NCBI GenBank assembly: GCA_001004105.1
Contig: LCQK01000002.1
Location: 75,419 to 139,418, forward strand
Length of the DNA stretch: 64,000 bases
DNA from: Candidatus Jorgensenbacteria bacterium GW2011_GWB1_50_10
Lineage (GTDB): Bacteria; Patescibacteriota; Minisyncoccia; UBA6257; GWB1-50-10
Direction: 5' to 3'
The position numbers and the translations under genes were made by a program. This document shows positions 1 to 9,718 of the stretch, one piece after another (the stretch's first letter is position 1; each line of letters opens with the position of its first letter). The notes under the pieces are model-generated. The model was not told the origin of the DNA and did not search any database. It saw only the letters and a list, made by a program, of their open reading frames with translations.

Positions 1-1430
1 ATTGGTGGTCTCGCGCTGCGCGCGAGAGTGGTAGGAGAGCATTCTTTGCGCGGCGAAGGCGAGCTCGTGAGGGCCGCTGGAGTGCAAAGAAGAGAGAATG
101 TTGGCATGAGTAATCAACAAAGCGCGTGAAAAACGCGCTCCCCGCAAATCCAAGGTTTCCTCCGCAACGCAAATCGACGGAGGGTTAGGCGGCCCTAAGG
201 CGATGGCGAAAGCCGCAGCCGAAGGAGTGCTGGTTAATATTCCAGCCCACCGCTTGGGGGATACAGATGAGGTGACGAAGAAAATAAACTTGAGTGCCTT
301 AATGGTTTGGCATTCTTGCGTTAAGAAACGGCATGCAGGAAAATCCGCGTGTCTGCCTTCAATGGCGATTTTCAGACGAGAGAAGAGGTTTGGTTTTACC
401 GAATCAATTCAAGCGAATAGTCTTCCAAGAAAACCCTCTAATGTGCACCCAAATGGTTCCGTACCGTAAACCGCCACAGGTGGATGAGGCGAGTAGCCTA
501 AGGGGAACGAGTGATTTCTCGCTAAGGAACTCGGCAAAAAAGCGGCCGTAACTTCGGGATAAGGCCTGCTCCGCGCAAGCGGAGCCGCAGCTAAAGTTTC
601 TCTGGCGACTGTTTACCAAAAACACAGCTCCCTGCGAACTCGCAAGAGGATGTATAGGGGGTGACACCTGACCGATGCGAGAAGGTTAACGGCGGGGACG
701 TTATGCAGCAATGCGTAAGGTTCACTGCCCGAAGCCCTCGTCAATGTCAGCGGTAACTATAACCGTTCTAAGGTAGCGCAATTCCTTTCCGGGTAAGTTC
801 CGGAGCGCACGAAAGGTGTAACGACTGGAGAACTGTCTCAGCGAGAAGCTCGATGAAAATGCGATACCCGTGAAGACGCGGGTTACCGGCAGCAAGACGA
901 AAAGACCCCGGAAGCTTTACTGTAGTTTGGTATTGTTATTAACGTTTGGATGCGTAGCGTAGTGGCGAGCCTTCGAAGCGTGGATTTCGGTTCACGTGGA
1001 GGCGACAATGAAACAGCCATCTTTCAAATGTTAGTATCTAACCCGCGCGGCAAAAACGCGCAGGGACAGTGCCTGACGGGCAGTTTAAATGGGGCATTTT
1101 CCTCCTAAAGAGTAACGGAGGAGTCTATTAAGGTCAGCTTGGCGCGGATGGAAATCGCGCCTGACGTGCAAAGGCATAAGCTGGCTTGACTGCAAGGCTG
1201 ACAGGCCGCGCAGGTGCGAAAGCAGAGCTTAGCGACCCGACCGTTCATCATAGAATGGCGGGAGACATCGGATAAAAGTTACTCCGGGGATAACAGGCTA
1301 GTCTGGTCCGAGAGTCCCTATCGACGACCAGGTTCGGCACCTCGATGTCGGCTCACCACATCCCGGGGCTGGAGAAGGTCCCAAGGGTTTGGCTGTTCGC
1401 CAATTAAAGTGGTACGTGAGCTGGGTTCAG

Positions 1431-2090
1431 ACATAACGGTGAAGTCTTAATATTTGATTATTACCGTCGGTCCGGTAATAATTTACTTGAGGACCAAGAG
1501 ACGTTAAGATAATACCGTGGGAAGTCGATCTAAAACTAATTTGGCTTATATTGCTGGATTTCTTGACGGCGATGGGAGTTTGATGCTCCAAATCAAGAAA
1601 CGTAAGAATGGTAATAAATCGAGGAATCGGTTTATGGCGACTATTTGTTTTTACCAGGATTCTCGGCACGAAAAACCGTTGTATTGGATTCGTGACGTTC
1701 TTGGTATCGGTTATATTTCGCGAAGAAGCGATAATATAACGGAACTGCGAATTAACGGCTATAAACAAGTAGAGAGAATACTTAAAGATTTATTGCCTTA
1801 CGTTAAGTTCAGGAAAATCCAGACAAAGATTCTCCTTAATTCTGCTAAATTGCTTCAAAAAGGCAAATTAAGCAGAAATGATTTGCTGAAGTTGGTTAAT
1901 GGTATTCTGAAAATTCAAGCTGAAAACTATGTAACCAAAAGAAAGAAATCTAAAGAAGAACTGCTAAAAATTTTAGGTTTGACCCCGTAACGACTTGTTC
2001 CGCTTTTAGCGGACGGAGTTGGGAAACGCGAAGTTATTGTTTCCCGGCTAATACGCCGAGACCCCACTCTAAAATTTTAGAAGGGTTAAG
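1431..2090 (+). mobile_element. Intron-like insertion in 23S rRNA (likely group I) carrying a LAGLIDADG homing endonuclease ORF. Boundaries are approximate.
   Basis: The conserved 23S block ...GCTGGGTTCAGA is followed by non-rRNA sequence instead of ACGTCGTGAGACAGTTCGG. rRNA similarity resumes only near CGAGAGGACCGG at about 2130. The insertion encloses a LAGLIDADG ORF. Confidence 0.6.
1517..1990 (+). CDS. LAGLIDADG-family homing endonuclease (intron-encoded)
   Basis: N-terminal motif LAYIAGFLDGDGS is the canonical LAGLIDADG motif. Size is 157 aa. Location is inside the 23S rRNA insertion. Confidence 0.85.
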   Translation: MGSRSKTNLAYIAGFLDGDGSLMLQIKKRKNGNKSRNRFMATICFYQDSRHEKPLYWIRDVLGIGYISRRSDNITELRINGYKQVERILKDLLPYVKFRKIQTKILLNSAKLLQKGKLSRNDLLKLVNGILKIQAENYVTKRKKSKEELLKILGLTP

Positions 2091-2205
2091 ATATAGTCTG
2101 CGCACATGGTGACATGTGATTACGTGACGAGAGGACCGGGATGAACGAACCTCTGGTCTACGAGCTGTCCTACCAAGGGCAATGCTCGGTAGCTATGTTC
2201 GGACG

Positions 2206-2239
<34 letters not shown>

Positions 2240-2414
2240 CTCCCAAGATTAGGCGTAGAATTCCTGGAAGACTACCAGGTTGATAGGCCATAGGTGTAAG
2301 TGCGGCAACGCATTTAGCCGAGTGGTACTAATAAATTCGATTTTCGATAAACTTTATTTAAGCGGATCCTGAATTTGTTCAAGAGTTCATCTTCTACTGG
2401 GTTGTTCATAGCGG

Positions 2415-2530
2415 TTTCCCGGTGATTCAGTTTCGCGTGCACCACCTCTTCCCATTCCGAACAGAGAAGTGAAAGCGCGATATGCTGATGATACTTGGTT
2501 TCGGCCTGGGACAGTAGGCTTTGCCGGGAT
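2415..2530 (+). rRNA. rrf: 5S ribosomal RNA
   Basis: CCCATTCCGAACAGAGAAGTGAAAGCGCG matches the 5S core CCCATGCCGAACTCAGAAGTGAAACGCCG. Terminal helix: TCCCGGTG ... TTGCCGGGAT. Confidence 0.85.
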
Positions 2531-2551
2531 ACCGGTGTGAATAACTAAAAA

Positions 2552-2590
2552 CGGCGGCACCTTTTTACGGGTTGCCGCCGTCTCTGTTTT
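2552..2590 (+). terminator. Rho-independent terminator after the rRNA operon
   Basis: Hairpin CGGCGGCACC-ttttacgg-GTTGCCGCCG followed by a T-rich tail. Confidence 0.6.
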
Positions 2591-2604
2591 GCGCTTACTG
2601 CGTT

Positions 2605-3063
2605 TCAGGCCGAAACCAACTGAATCGGCCGAGTGTTTTCAACTGGAACGAACTCGTACTTGAACCGGAGCTCCCAACCGCCGAAGAGAGTCTCGTTCCC
2701 GAACTCTATCGGTTTCGGTTCGAACTCTTTCCATAGGTGGCCATAGTGGTCGTTTGGCCAGAATTGGAGCCGAACTGCTCTCCACCACCGGCGGCCAAGT
2801 TGTTGCTTCGGGTCCCACTCCTTCTTATGGAGTAAAACCCTAGTGCTTGGGCCGTCACGGCTCATGAAGATAGCGGTTCGTAGAAGTCCGCCTTGACCAT
2901 CCGACGTTCCTTCGCCGGTCGGCAAGTAATCTTCTCTGTCGTACACGACGCCAGGATTGCCGATGTGAGCTAGGAAGCATTGGATGGCCCGTTGAGCTTC
3001 GATCTGCGAGTCAGTACGGTAAATCATCTTTCCCCCTTGCGAGCTAAACTCGCGTTGGACCAC
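2605..3063 (-). CDS. Hypothetical protein (152 aa, GC-rich; possibly a cell-wall hydrolase-like protein)
   Basis: ORF with coding-like composition. No motif I can assign with certainty. Higher GC than neighbours. Confidence 0.3.
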   Translation of the reverse strand: MVQREFSSQGGKMIYRTDSQIEAQRAIQCFLAHIGNPGVVYDREDYLPTGEGTSDGQGGLLRTAIFMSRDGPSTRVLLHKKEWDPKQQLGRRWWRAVRLQFWPNDHYGHLWKEFEPKPIEFGNETLFGGWELRFKYEFVPVENTRPIQLVSA

Positions 3064-3147
3064 GATGCCGGAGGCGGCTCGCGGTACGATGAAATTGTAC
3101 TTCAGAACTATCTATAATTATACCACATCTTTACTAAAAAAGTCAAG

Positions 3148-4425
3148 TTAACCCAGCCGGTCGTTTTGGATGAAAACCCGGAGGCCGTGGAGCCAGATTT
3201 TGAGCGCTTTAAACGGGTTCATGATTGATAGAAAATAATTGAGCTCCACAACACCTTTGAAAATCCAGGCGAGCAGTCCCGAAATCACAATCAGGCCGAT
3301 TTTCGCAACCGCATATTTGCCGCCAACCGGAACGATGTAGGGATAATTCATCGGTTTGTAGACATACTGCTTTATTTTTTTGGAAAGGAAATTCTGTTTT
3401 TTAATGTCTTCAATGATGTTTTTGGCGGCGATTTTCCCCTGAGTGATGGCGGCGCGGGCGACCTGCGGCACGGGGAGATTCGTTTTCGGATTTATAATGC
3501 AGGCAGCGTCACCCACGGCGTAAATTTTCCCGTAAATCTTTAAATCCGGACTCTCCGGGATGCACTCCAGTCCACCCATTATTTCTATCCTGCCTCTTTT
3601 TTCTTTTTTGAGGGGCATTTTTTCCGTAAGCGGCACCGCTTTCACGCCGCCCGCCCAGACCAGAATGTCGTAGGCAATTTTTTCGGCGCTCTCCAAAATG
3701 ATGTCTTTCTGGGTTACTTTATCCACCTTCTCGTCCCGGACAATGGCGACACCGATTTTTTTGAGGCGCTTTTCTACTTTTCGGACTACTCGTCCGTCAA
3801 AGCCGGGGAGAATATTTTTGGACCCCTCAATAATCATCACATCAATATTGCAGGATTTGTTCACTTCTTCTTGCAGTTCGCGGGTCCATTCCTTAATTTC
3901 GCTCGCGAGTTCCACACCGGTTGAGCCGCCCCCGCCGATTACAACCCGAAGCCGCTCCGCGCCTTCTTCCGCTCTCCGCCAGATTGCATCCCGCAGCCGA
4001 ATGGCGTCCATGAAGGTTTTGAGTGGGAGGGCGTTCTCTTCCAAGCCAAACATGTTGAAATAGTTCGTTTCCGCGCCGAGAGCTACAACCAAGTATTCAA
4101 ATCTTATTTTTGACTGCTTCAAATGAACGAGCCCCTCCGCCGTATCGATATGAAGAATGACGTCGTTCACAACCCTTATGTTTTTATCCTTGAAGAGTTC
4201 GGCGAAAGGGAAACTGACGAGCGATTTAAGTTCAACGTAATCGGCTAGGTTTTTGGAAGTAGTCGCGGCCTCGTAGAGGAGGGGAGTAAAGGTATGATGC
4301 GGTTCCTTATCCACCAGAATTATTTCGTAATCGTTTTTGACCCGCAGTTTCTTTAATTTTTTCTCCAAAGTGAGAGCAGCTTGCACGCCGCCGAATCCTC
4401 CGCCCAAAATGACAATGTTTTTCAT
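3148..4425 (-). CDS. ndh: Type II NADH dehydrogenase (NDH-2) / FAD-dependent pyridine nucleotide-disulfide oxidoreductase
   Basis: N-terminal Rossmann motif NIVILGGGFGGV. Second dinucleotide-binding motif VVIGGGGSTGVELASE. AVGDAA motif near the C-terminus. About 425 aa. Confidence 0.8.
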   Translation of the reverse strand: MKNIVILGGGFGGVQAALTLEKKLKKLRVKNDYEIILVDKEPHHTFTPLLYEAATTSKNLADYVELKSLVSFPFAELFKDKNIRVVNDVILHIDTAEGLVHLKQSKIRFEYLVVALGAETNYFNMFGLEENALPLKTFMDAIRLRDAIWRRAEEGAERLRVVIGGGGSTGVELASEIKEWTRELQEEVNKSCNIDVMIIEGSKNILPGFDGRVVRKVEKRLKKIGVAIVRDEKVDKVTQKDIILESAEKIAYDILVWAGGVKAVPLTEKMPLKKEKRGRIEIMGGLECIPESPDLKIYGKIYAVGDAACIINPKTNLPVPQVARAAITQGKIAAKNIIEDIKKQNFLSKKIKQYVYKPMNYPYIVPVGGKYAVAKIGLIVISGLLAWIFKGVVELNYFLSIMNPFKALKIWLHGLRVFIQNDRLG

Positions 4426-4438
4426 ATATAATTAACCT

Positions 4439-5551
4439 ATGTCCGTATTTTATCTTAGCAAAACGGATTTGAAAAAAATGCGCGGCAAAACCGCTCTTGT
4501 TCGGGTTGACTTGAATATTGAGCCGGGTGCTGAAAAAAATTCTTTTCGTCTGGAGGCAATTTTGCCGACAATCCGCTTTCTCCTCGCGCGAGGCGCAAAA
4601 GTTGTAATCTTAAGTCACCGCGGCAGGCCCCGCGGCCGCGATAAAAACCTTTCTTTGCGTCCATTTGCCCCGATTCTCCAAAAAGAGTTAAAACAGCGAG
4701 TTGAGTTCATGACGGTGCTACCCCGCATGATAGCACCGCAGAGGGGCAAGGTATTTCTGCTGGGAAATTTGCGTTTTTGGAAAGGTGAGGAGAAAAACGA
4801 CGTCGGTTTCGCCCGCCGGCTCGCCGCACTCGGCGATTTTTATGTGAACGACGCCTTTGCCGTCTCGCACCGCAAGAACGCATCGGTCGTCGCCATCACA
4901 AGATTTTTGCCTTCCTATGCCGGCTTGCTTTTGGAAAAGGAGATTAAAAACCTGGGTGGTATACTTAAGTATACCACCCACCCGTTTACGATAATCTTGG
5001 GCGGCGGCAAGACCTCGGATAAGCTCGGGGTGATGAATTATTTCTGGAACAAAGCCGATAACCTTCTCTTGGGCGGTGCGCCGGCAAACACGGTGTTCGT
5101 CGCTCAAAAGTTGCCGGTAGGAAATTCGTTGATTGACAGAGGTTCAACCTCCCAAATATTGAAGTTAATTCGTAAGGAGGTTGAACCTCGTAAAATTGTG
5201 TTGCCGCTTGATGTCAAAATTGCCGACAAAAAGATTCTGGATATCGGCCCGCAGACGGTTGAGAAGTACAGCAAGATAATTTCTAAATCCAGAACAGTTA
5301 TCTGGAACGGCCCGCCCGGGCTTTTTGAAAAGAAGGGATTTGAAAAAGGAACAATCGGCATCTGGCGTGCCATCTTACGAAATAGGAAAGCGAAAATCAT
5401 TGTCGGCGGCGGCGAAACAACCGCGTCTTTTTCCCTAATTCATAATTCAAAATTCATGATTCCGAAGAATATATTTCTTTCCACCGGCGGCGGCGCCATG
5501 CTGAAATTCTTATCCGGCAGAAAACTGCCCGGGATTGAGGCGTTAAAATAA
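4439..5551 (+). CDS. pgk: Phosphoglycerate kinase
   Basis: VRVDLNIEP...ILPTIRFLLARGAKVVILSHRGRP N-domain signature. IILGGGKTSDKL and C-terminal GGGETTA motifs. Note the 24-nt palindrome at 4955-4978 embedded in-frame. Confidence 0.85.
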   Translation: MSVFYLSKTDLKKMRGKTALVRVDLNIEPGAEKNSFRLEAILPTIRFLLARGAKVVILSHRGRPRGRDKNLSLRPFAPILQKELKQRVEFMTVLPRMIAPQRGKVFLLGNLRFWKGEEKNDVGFARRLAALGDFYVNDAFAVSHRKNASVVAITRFLPSYAGLLLEKEIKNLGGILKYTTHPFTIILGGGKTSDKLGVMNYFWNKADNLLLGGAPANTVFVAQKLPVGNSLIDRGSTSQILKLIRKEVEPRKIVLPLDVKIADKKILDIGPQTVEKYSKIISKSRTVIWNGPPGLFEKKGFEKGTIGIWRAILRNRKAKIIVGGGETTASFSLIHNSKFMIPKNIFLSTGGGAMLKFLSGRKLPGIEALK

Positions 5552-5576
5552 AGAGTAAATATAAATTACATCAAAA

Positions 5577-6479
5577 ATGTCATTTGAAACTTTAGAAAAA
5601 GAAGTAAAAGAATTGCCGAGAGAGTTTGAGGAAACTGGAGATACGTGTTACCTCTTAAAGGATCCAGAGAATGCAGATCGAGAATCAGCGGATGTTCTAG
5701 CAGATGTCATTGAACGCATTGATTTCAAAGCGTTGCAGAATATTTTTGAGAGCATTGCAGCTAAATCAGGCATCGACCCTTCTAAAATGAATTTCGTTGG
5801 TCCCGAAAGGTTTTATGATATGACAAGCATGTGGGATACTTTGGGGCGCTGGAATTCGGAACATAACGTGATAGCATTGAACGGATCGGCATTAAAGAGA
5901 AGTGCCGAACGTGCTGGTGTAGATACAGAACTTAGAGTTTTATCAACCCTTGTCCATGAAGAAGTGCATGCAACCTCGAGGTATAAAAGCGAAATAGTAA
6001 AGACCCAGGCAGGAGATAGAGAGAAAATTACCACTGGTTACGGTAAATATAGAAGAGGTAATCGGAGTAAGGGGTTAAAAGGCGAAGTATTCTTTGATTT
6101 GCTTAATGAAGGCGTGGTAGAACTACTGGCTAGGGAGGTTCTGTTGGAATATATCAGGACAACTGATTTTACGGATAGCCGGAAAGTGAAAGAGTTTATG
6201 GAAGCCCATGAGCAAAAACCTGAAGAAATGTCTGGGTATTGGTTGGCTATTAAATTTGTCGATGTTTTGGTCGATAAAGTAAGTGTCAAAACAGGAACAG
6301 ACAGAAACTCGGTGTGGCGATCATTTGTTAGAGGATTGTATGAAGGTGTTGATTTCGAGACAAAAGAATTTAGTCAGCCGTTTCAAGAATTATTTGGTGA
6401 AAACTTTCTGCAAAAATTATCAAAAGCCAATTTTAGTAAAGATATTGAAGCTCTCATGAAAGAACTTGAAACTCAGTAA
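5577..6479 (+). CDS. Hypothetical protein with HExxH motif (putative zinc metallopeptidase-like)
   Basis: 300-aa ORF containing VHEEVHATS (HExxH). Translationally overlaps the downstream DHH gene. Confidence 0.5.
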   Translation: MSFETLEKEVKELPREFEETGDTCYLLKDPENADRESADVLADVIERIDFKALQNIFESIAAKSGIDPSKMNFVGPERFYDMTSMWDTLGRWNSEHNVIALNGSALKRSAERAGVDTELRVLSTLVHEEVHATSRYKSEIVKTQAGDREKITTGYGKYRRGNRSKGLKGEVFFDLLNEGVVELLAREVLLEYIRTTDFTDSRKVKEFMEAHEQKPEEMSGYWLAIKFVDVLVDKVSVKTGTDRNSVWRSFVRGLYEGVDFETKEFSQPFQELFGENFLQKLSKANFSKDIEALMKELETQ

Positions 6480-6483
6480 GGAT

Positions 6484-7326
6484 ATGAAATCAATCGTTGT
6501 TTTATATCACGCAAATTGTCCCGACGGTTTCGGCGCGGCTTACGCCGCCTGGAAAAAATTCGGCAACAGAGCCGATTATATTGCCGTAAAGCCAGTCAAA
6601 CTTCCGCCGAAACATCTTAGAAACAAAGAGATTTACGTTCTGGACAGCAGTTTAAGTGCAGACGACCTGAAGCGTCTTTTGCAATTAAAGAATAAGGTGA
6701 CTATTATTGACCACCATATAAGCTCTAAGAAAGATGTAGAAAAAGCTCCTAATTACGTCTTTGACATAGAGCATTCCGGAGCGGTTCTCACTTGGAAATA
6801 TTTCCATCATAAGAAAAGAACGCCTAAATTGCTTCAGTATGTTGAAAACGGCGATTTATGGAAATTCCATCTGCCCAACAGCCAACTTTTATTAGCTTAT
6901 GTATATTCTCTGCCATATGACTTTAAGATTTGGGAAAATTTGTGCCGCGGCATGGAGAAAGCGGCCGGCCGGAAGAAATATTTAACCCTTGGTAAAATAA
7001 TTTCTGATTACAACGCCATCATTATAAAAGAAGTTGTTGATAAAGCCGAGCTTGTAAAGTTAGGCAAATATAAGGTTTTGGCAGTGAACCACTCTCTTAG
7101 AAAATTTACCGACAAAGTTGGCCATGAACTTTATCGGCGAAAACCGCCGTTTAGTATTATCTGGCACGTAGGAAAAGAAGGCATTAAAGTTTCTCTGCGT
7201 TCCAATGGTTCAGTTGATGTTTCAAAAATTGCCGCAAGATACGTTGGCGGCGGCGGACACAGGGCAGCTGCGAGCTTTACTTTGCCGAGAAATGCAAAAT
7301 TACCATGGAAAGTTCTAAAAAATTAA
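6484..7326 (+). CDS. DHH-family phosphoesterase (NrnA-like nanoRNase / pAp phosphatase family)
   Basis: HANCPDGFGAA (DHH motif I region), IIDHH (DHH motif III) and GGGGHRAAASF (GGGH motif). Start chosen at the ATG with an AAGGA RBS. The track ORF starts at 6466. Confidence 0.75.
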   Translation: MKSIVVLYHANCPDGFGAAYAAWKKFGNRADYIAVKPVKLPPKHLRNKEIYVLDSSLSADDLKRLLQLKNKVTIIDHHISSKKDVEKAPNYVFDIEHSGAVLTWKYFHHKKRTPKLLQYVENGDLWKFHLPNSQLLLAYVYSLPYDFKIWENLCRGMEKAAGRKKYLTLGKIISDYNAIIIKEVVDKAELVKLGKYKVLAVNHSLRKFTDKVGHELYRRKPPFSIIWHVGKEGIKVSLRSNGSVDVSKIAARYVGGGGHRAAASFTLPRNAKLPWKVLKN

Positions 7327-7718
7327 TTATCTACACCGACGGCGGTGCAAGAGGTAATCCCGGGCCGGCGGCAATTGGCGTTATCGTAGGAAATAAGAAT
7401 TACGGCGAGGCGATAGGAAACACAACGAATAACGTCGCCGAATACAAGGCCGTGATTTTTGCGTTGAAAAAAGCCAAAGCCCTTTTGGGCGGCGACAAGG
7501 CCAAAGAAACGGAACTGGAAATCCGCTCCGACAGCGAACTATTGGTGAGCCAGGTAAAAGGGGAATATAAAATCAAGGACGAAGAACTTCAGCCGCTCTT
7601 CGTGGATGTCTGGAACAAAATGCAGAATTTCAAGAAAGTGAATTTTGTCCTGATTCCGCGCGAGAAAAACAGGGAAGCCGATACTCTTGTAAACCGCGCC
7701 TTGGACATACTTTTTTAA
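7305..7718 (+). CDS. rnhA: Ribonuclease H (RNase HI family)
   Basis: IYTDGGARGNPGPAAIGVI, NNVAEYKA and SDSELLV catalytic-residue contexts of RNase H. 137 aa. Overlaps the upstream gene by 22 nt (operon). Confidence 0.8.
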   Translation: MESSKKLIIYTDGGARGNPGPAAIGVIVGNKNYGEAIGNTTNNVAEYKAVIFALKKAKALLGGDKAKETELEIRSDSELLVSQVKGEYKIKDEELQPLFVDVWNKMQNFKKVNFVLIPREKNREADTLVNRALDILF

Positions 7719-7724
7719 CCAGCT

Positions 7725-7754
7725 TCAATTTACGTCCATATGGACATAAATTGA
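7725..7754. repeat. Near-perfect palindrome TCAATTTACGTCCATATGGACATAAATTGA (family TTCAATTT-N-CCATATGG-N-AAATTGAA)
   Basis: Read directly. Located just after the rnhA stop. Two related copies at 8583-8614 and 34480-34511. Confidence 0.7.
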
Positions 7755-7854
7755 GGCAGTGTTTTGTTTGACAAAATAATATTTTTGTTTTAGATTTTAA
7801 GCTTAACATTGCACCTAAACAACTAAATAGCGGGAAACCGTAAGAGAGGATAAG

Positions 7855-8496
7855 ATGCCGAAGCGGAAAGAGAATTACCTCCAGACTATCTGGAAGCTCA
7901 GAGCCGAGGTTAGGCGGCTAAAAGAGCTTGCTGTCCGCGATGAACTCACCGGACTCTTGAACCGTCGCGGATTCAATGAGTTCGCAGCGCCGTTCCTCAA
8001 AGCGGCAAGAGTGTCGAGAAGCGGCGTAGAACGCAGAAAAAAGCGCGTCGTAAGCGGCTACGCAGTTGTCATATTCGACCTTGACCGCTTCAAGCGCCTG
8101 AACACTACGCATGGCCATCGCGGTGGTGATGCAGTGCTTCAGGCGTTCGCTCACCTTCTCCTTGAGCGGGTAAGTGGAATGGATCTTGTTGCTCGCTGGG
8201 GAGGAGAAGAGTTCGTACTTCTTTTTCCTGGTGCAAGCGCTGAAGATGCTTACCGCATTGCCGAGGAAATAAGGAAGAAGGTGGAGAGAATGTTCGTCGT
8301 TTGGCACGCGAGAAAGAGTAGGGGACGGGGCACGAATTTTACCGTCTCAGCCGGTGTCGCGGACTTCTCAATCGCTTTTGACTTTGATGACGTTCTGGGG
8401 CATGCGGACGGGGCACTCTTCCGAGCGAAAAAGGAAGGCAGAAACTGCGTCGTGGTCTATGGCCGCGACAAGCAATCCTCGCTCCAGCTCGCCTGA
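7855..8496 (+). CDS. GGDEF-domain diguanylate cyclase (minimal, with a short N-terminal coiled coil)
   Basis: RDELTGLLNRRGF, VVIFDLDRFKRLNTTHGHRGGD, GGEEF active-site motif and RAKKEGRN. RBS GAGAGGA upstream. Confidence 0.8.
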   Translation: MPKRKENYLQTIWKLRAEVRRLKELAVRDELTGLLNRRGFNEFAAPFLKAARVSRSGVERRKKRVVSGYAVVIFDLDRFKRLNTTHGHRGGDAVLQAFAHLLLERVSGMDLVARWGGEEFVLLFPGASAEDAYRIAEEIRKKVERMFVVWHARKSRGRGTNFTVSAGVADFSIAFDFDDVLGHADGALFRAKKEGRNCVVVYGRDKQSSLQLA

Positions 8497-8526
8497 CGGG
8501 GTGTGGCGGAGATGTAGTAGAACCGA

Positions 8527-8562
8527 GCCCGGGATCACCGCGATCCCGGGCTGGCTTTTTTA
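8527..8562 (+). terminator. Rho-independent terminator
   Basis: GCCCGGGATC-accg-CGATCCCGGGC hairpin followed by TGGCTTTTTT. Confidence 0.7.
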
Positions 8563-8582
8563 AATTTTAAACAAAAAAACAT

Positions 8583-8614
8583 CTTCAATTTCTCCCATAT
8601 GGGAGAAATTGAAG
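8583..8614. repeat. Perfect 32-nt palindrome CTTCAATTTCTCCCATATGGGAGAAATTGAAG
   Basis: Read directly. Second family member at 34480-34511. Confidence 0.75.
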
Positions 8615-8644
8615 GTTTGATTTTTCTTATAGAAGGTGGTAATA

Positions 8645-9008
8645 TTGCTCTTGGTAAGTTAAGCGATAGCGCTCCGCGCAAGCGGAGTGAGGAAAGTCCG
8701 GACACTCTCTGTCGCAAGACAGATAAACAAGTAGCGGTTAACGACCGTCGTCCGCAAGGATAGAGGTGCGAGCAGTGACGCCTGATTCCGAAAGGAATTG
8801 GGGGACCCCATCCTAAGCTAGTCAGGTCCAACTCTGCGATAAGGATAAAAAAGCAGAGGTGAAACGGCTAAATCCTTACAGGGTGCAAGGCTGTGCTCCG
8901 AGTAATCGGAGAATGCCGCTTGACCCCGAGGGTAACCGAGGGGCTAGAGGAATTATCGCTAGGGTGCGCAAGCGCCCGATACAGAATCCGGCTTATGACT
9001 TACCCTAT
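8645..9008 (+). ncRNA. rnpB: RNase P RNA (bacterial type)
   Basis: P4 strands GAGGAAAGTCCGGAC and ACAGAATCCGGCTTATGAC. GGTGAAACGGC (P10/11-like). P1 pairing GGTAAGT/ACTTACC. Followed by a terminator. Confidence 0.75.
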
Positions 9009-9044
9009 CCCGCCCGTCCAATGGACAGGCGGGATTAGTTTTTA
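9008..9044 (+). terminator. Rho-independent terminator of rnpB
   Basis: CCCGCCCGTCC-aatg-GACAGGCGGG then ATTAGTTTTT. A near-identical terminator module recurs at 9719-9754. Confidence 0.7.
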
Positions 9045-9132
9045 TCAACAGCCACTCTTTCAAAAATCCGGTAATTGTTTTAGATTTCAATCAGTCCTTA
9101 GTGACCTATGACCATTTCGCGGGGAGGGGACG

Positions 9133-9279
9133 ATGAAAGTTTCCAAAGGGAAGGTAGCGGCAACGGCGGGTCTCCTGGCTTTTCTCGCGCTCGCCGCATT
9201 CTGGCTCGCGAGCCAGCCGGAAACCGAGGAGCCGGAGCACGACAGTCAGTCGCTTGCAGAGCGGACAGCGCACACCTGA
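9133..9279 (+). CDS. Small hypothetical secreted/membrane peptide (48 aa)
   Basis: RBS GGGGAGGGGA then ATG. MKVSKGKVAATAGLLAFLALAAFWLAS is signal-peptide-like. Followed by hairpin AAGGCCAGCGGGCACCACCGTTGGCCTT. Below the ORF-track length cutoff. Confidence 0.3.
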   Translation: MKVSKGKVAATAGLLAFLALAAFWLASQPETEEPEHDSQSLAERTAHT

Positions 9280-9390
9280 AGGAGCGGAACCTCAACATAT
9301 TTGTTTGAAGCAAGGCCAGCGGGCACCACCGTTGGCCTTTGTATTTGTTATAATAAAAGCAATAAAGGCCGCAAATAAAAATCAATCAAA

Positions 9391-9699
9391 ATGGCTAAGT
9401 GGGTTATTAAAAAGGGAGATAAAAAGGAACCATTCCGGGCGGCAAAAATTACGAGTGCCATCCGGGGTGCCTGCAAGGACGCACACCTGCCGGCGAAGCG
9501 GACAAAGACCGTTGTGAATAAGGTCTCCCGCGCGGTTTTGAAATTCGCCGCGAAGCGCAAGGTAGTGGTGAGAACTTCTGATTTGCAGAAAGTTGCGTTA
9601 AGGCACTTAGGTGGGATGGAACCGAAAGCGGCGAGAGCTTGGCGGAAGTATGATGCCGCGAGGCGTGCCCGTCGCGCAAGAGCCCGAAGAAGGAGATAA
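9391..9699 (+). CDS. ATP-cone domain protein (standalone)
   Basis: WVIKKGDKKEPFRAAKITSAIRGAC resembles the ATP-cone fold (VIKRDGxxExFxxxKI). Arg-rich C-terminal tail. Other overlapping ORFs in 9098-9722 were judged spurious. Confidence 0.55.
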   Translation: MAKWVIKKGDKKEPFRAAKITSAIRGACKDAHLPAKRTKTVVNKVSRAVLKFAAKRKVVVRTSDLQKVALRHLGGMEPKAARAWRKYDAARRARRARARRRR

Positions 9700-9718
9700 G
9701 TTTTGATGAGATTCACTA

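Noticed and set aside
203-1768. Small ORFs inside the 23S rRNA (203-469, 333-551, 404-667, 1214-1450, 1427-1768)
   Set aside because: They are within recognisable rRNA sequence. Only the LAGLIDADG ORF in the insertion is credible.
8535-9111. ORFs 8535-8831 and 8893-9111
   Set aside because: They lie within the RNase P RNA gene and its terminator.
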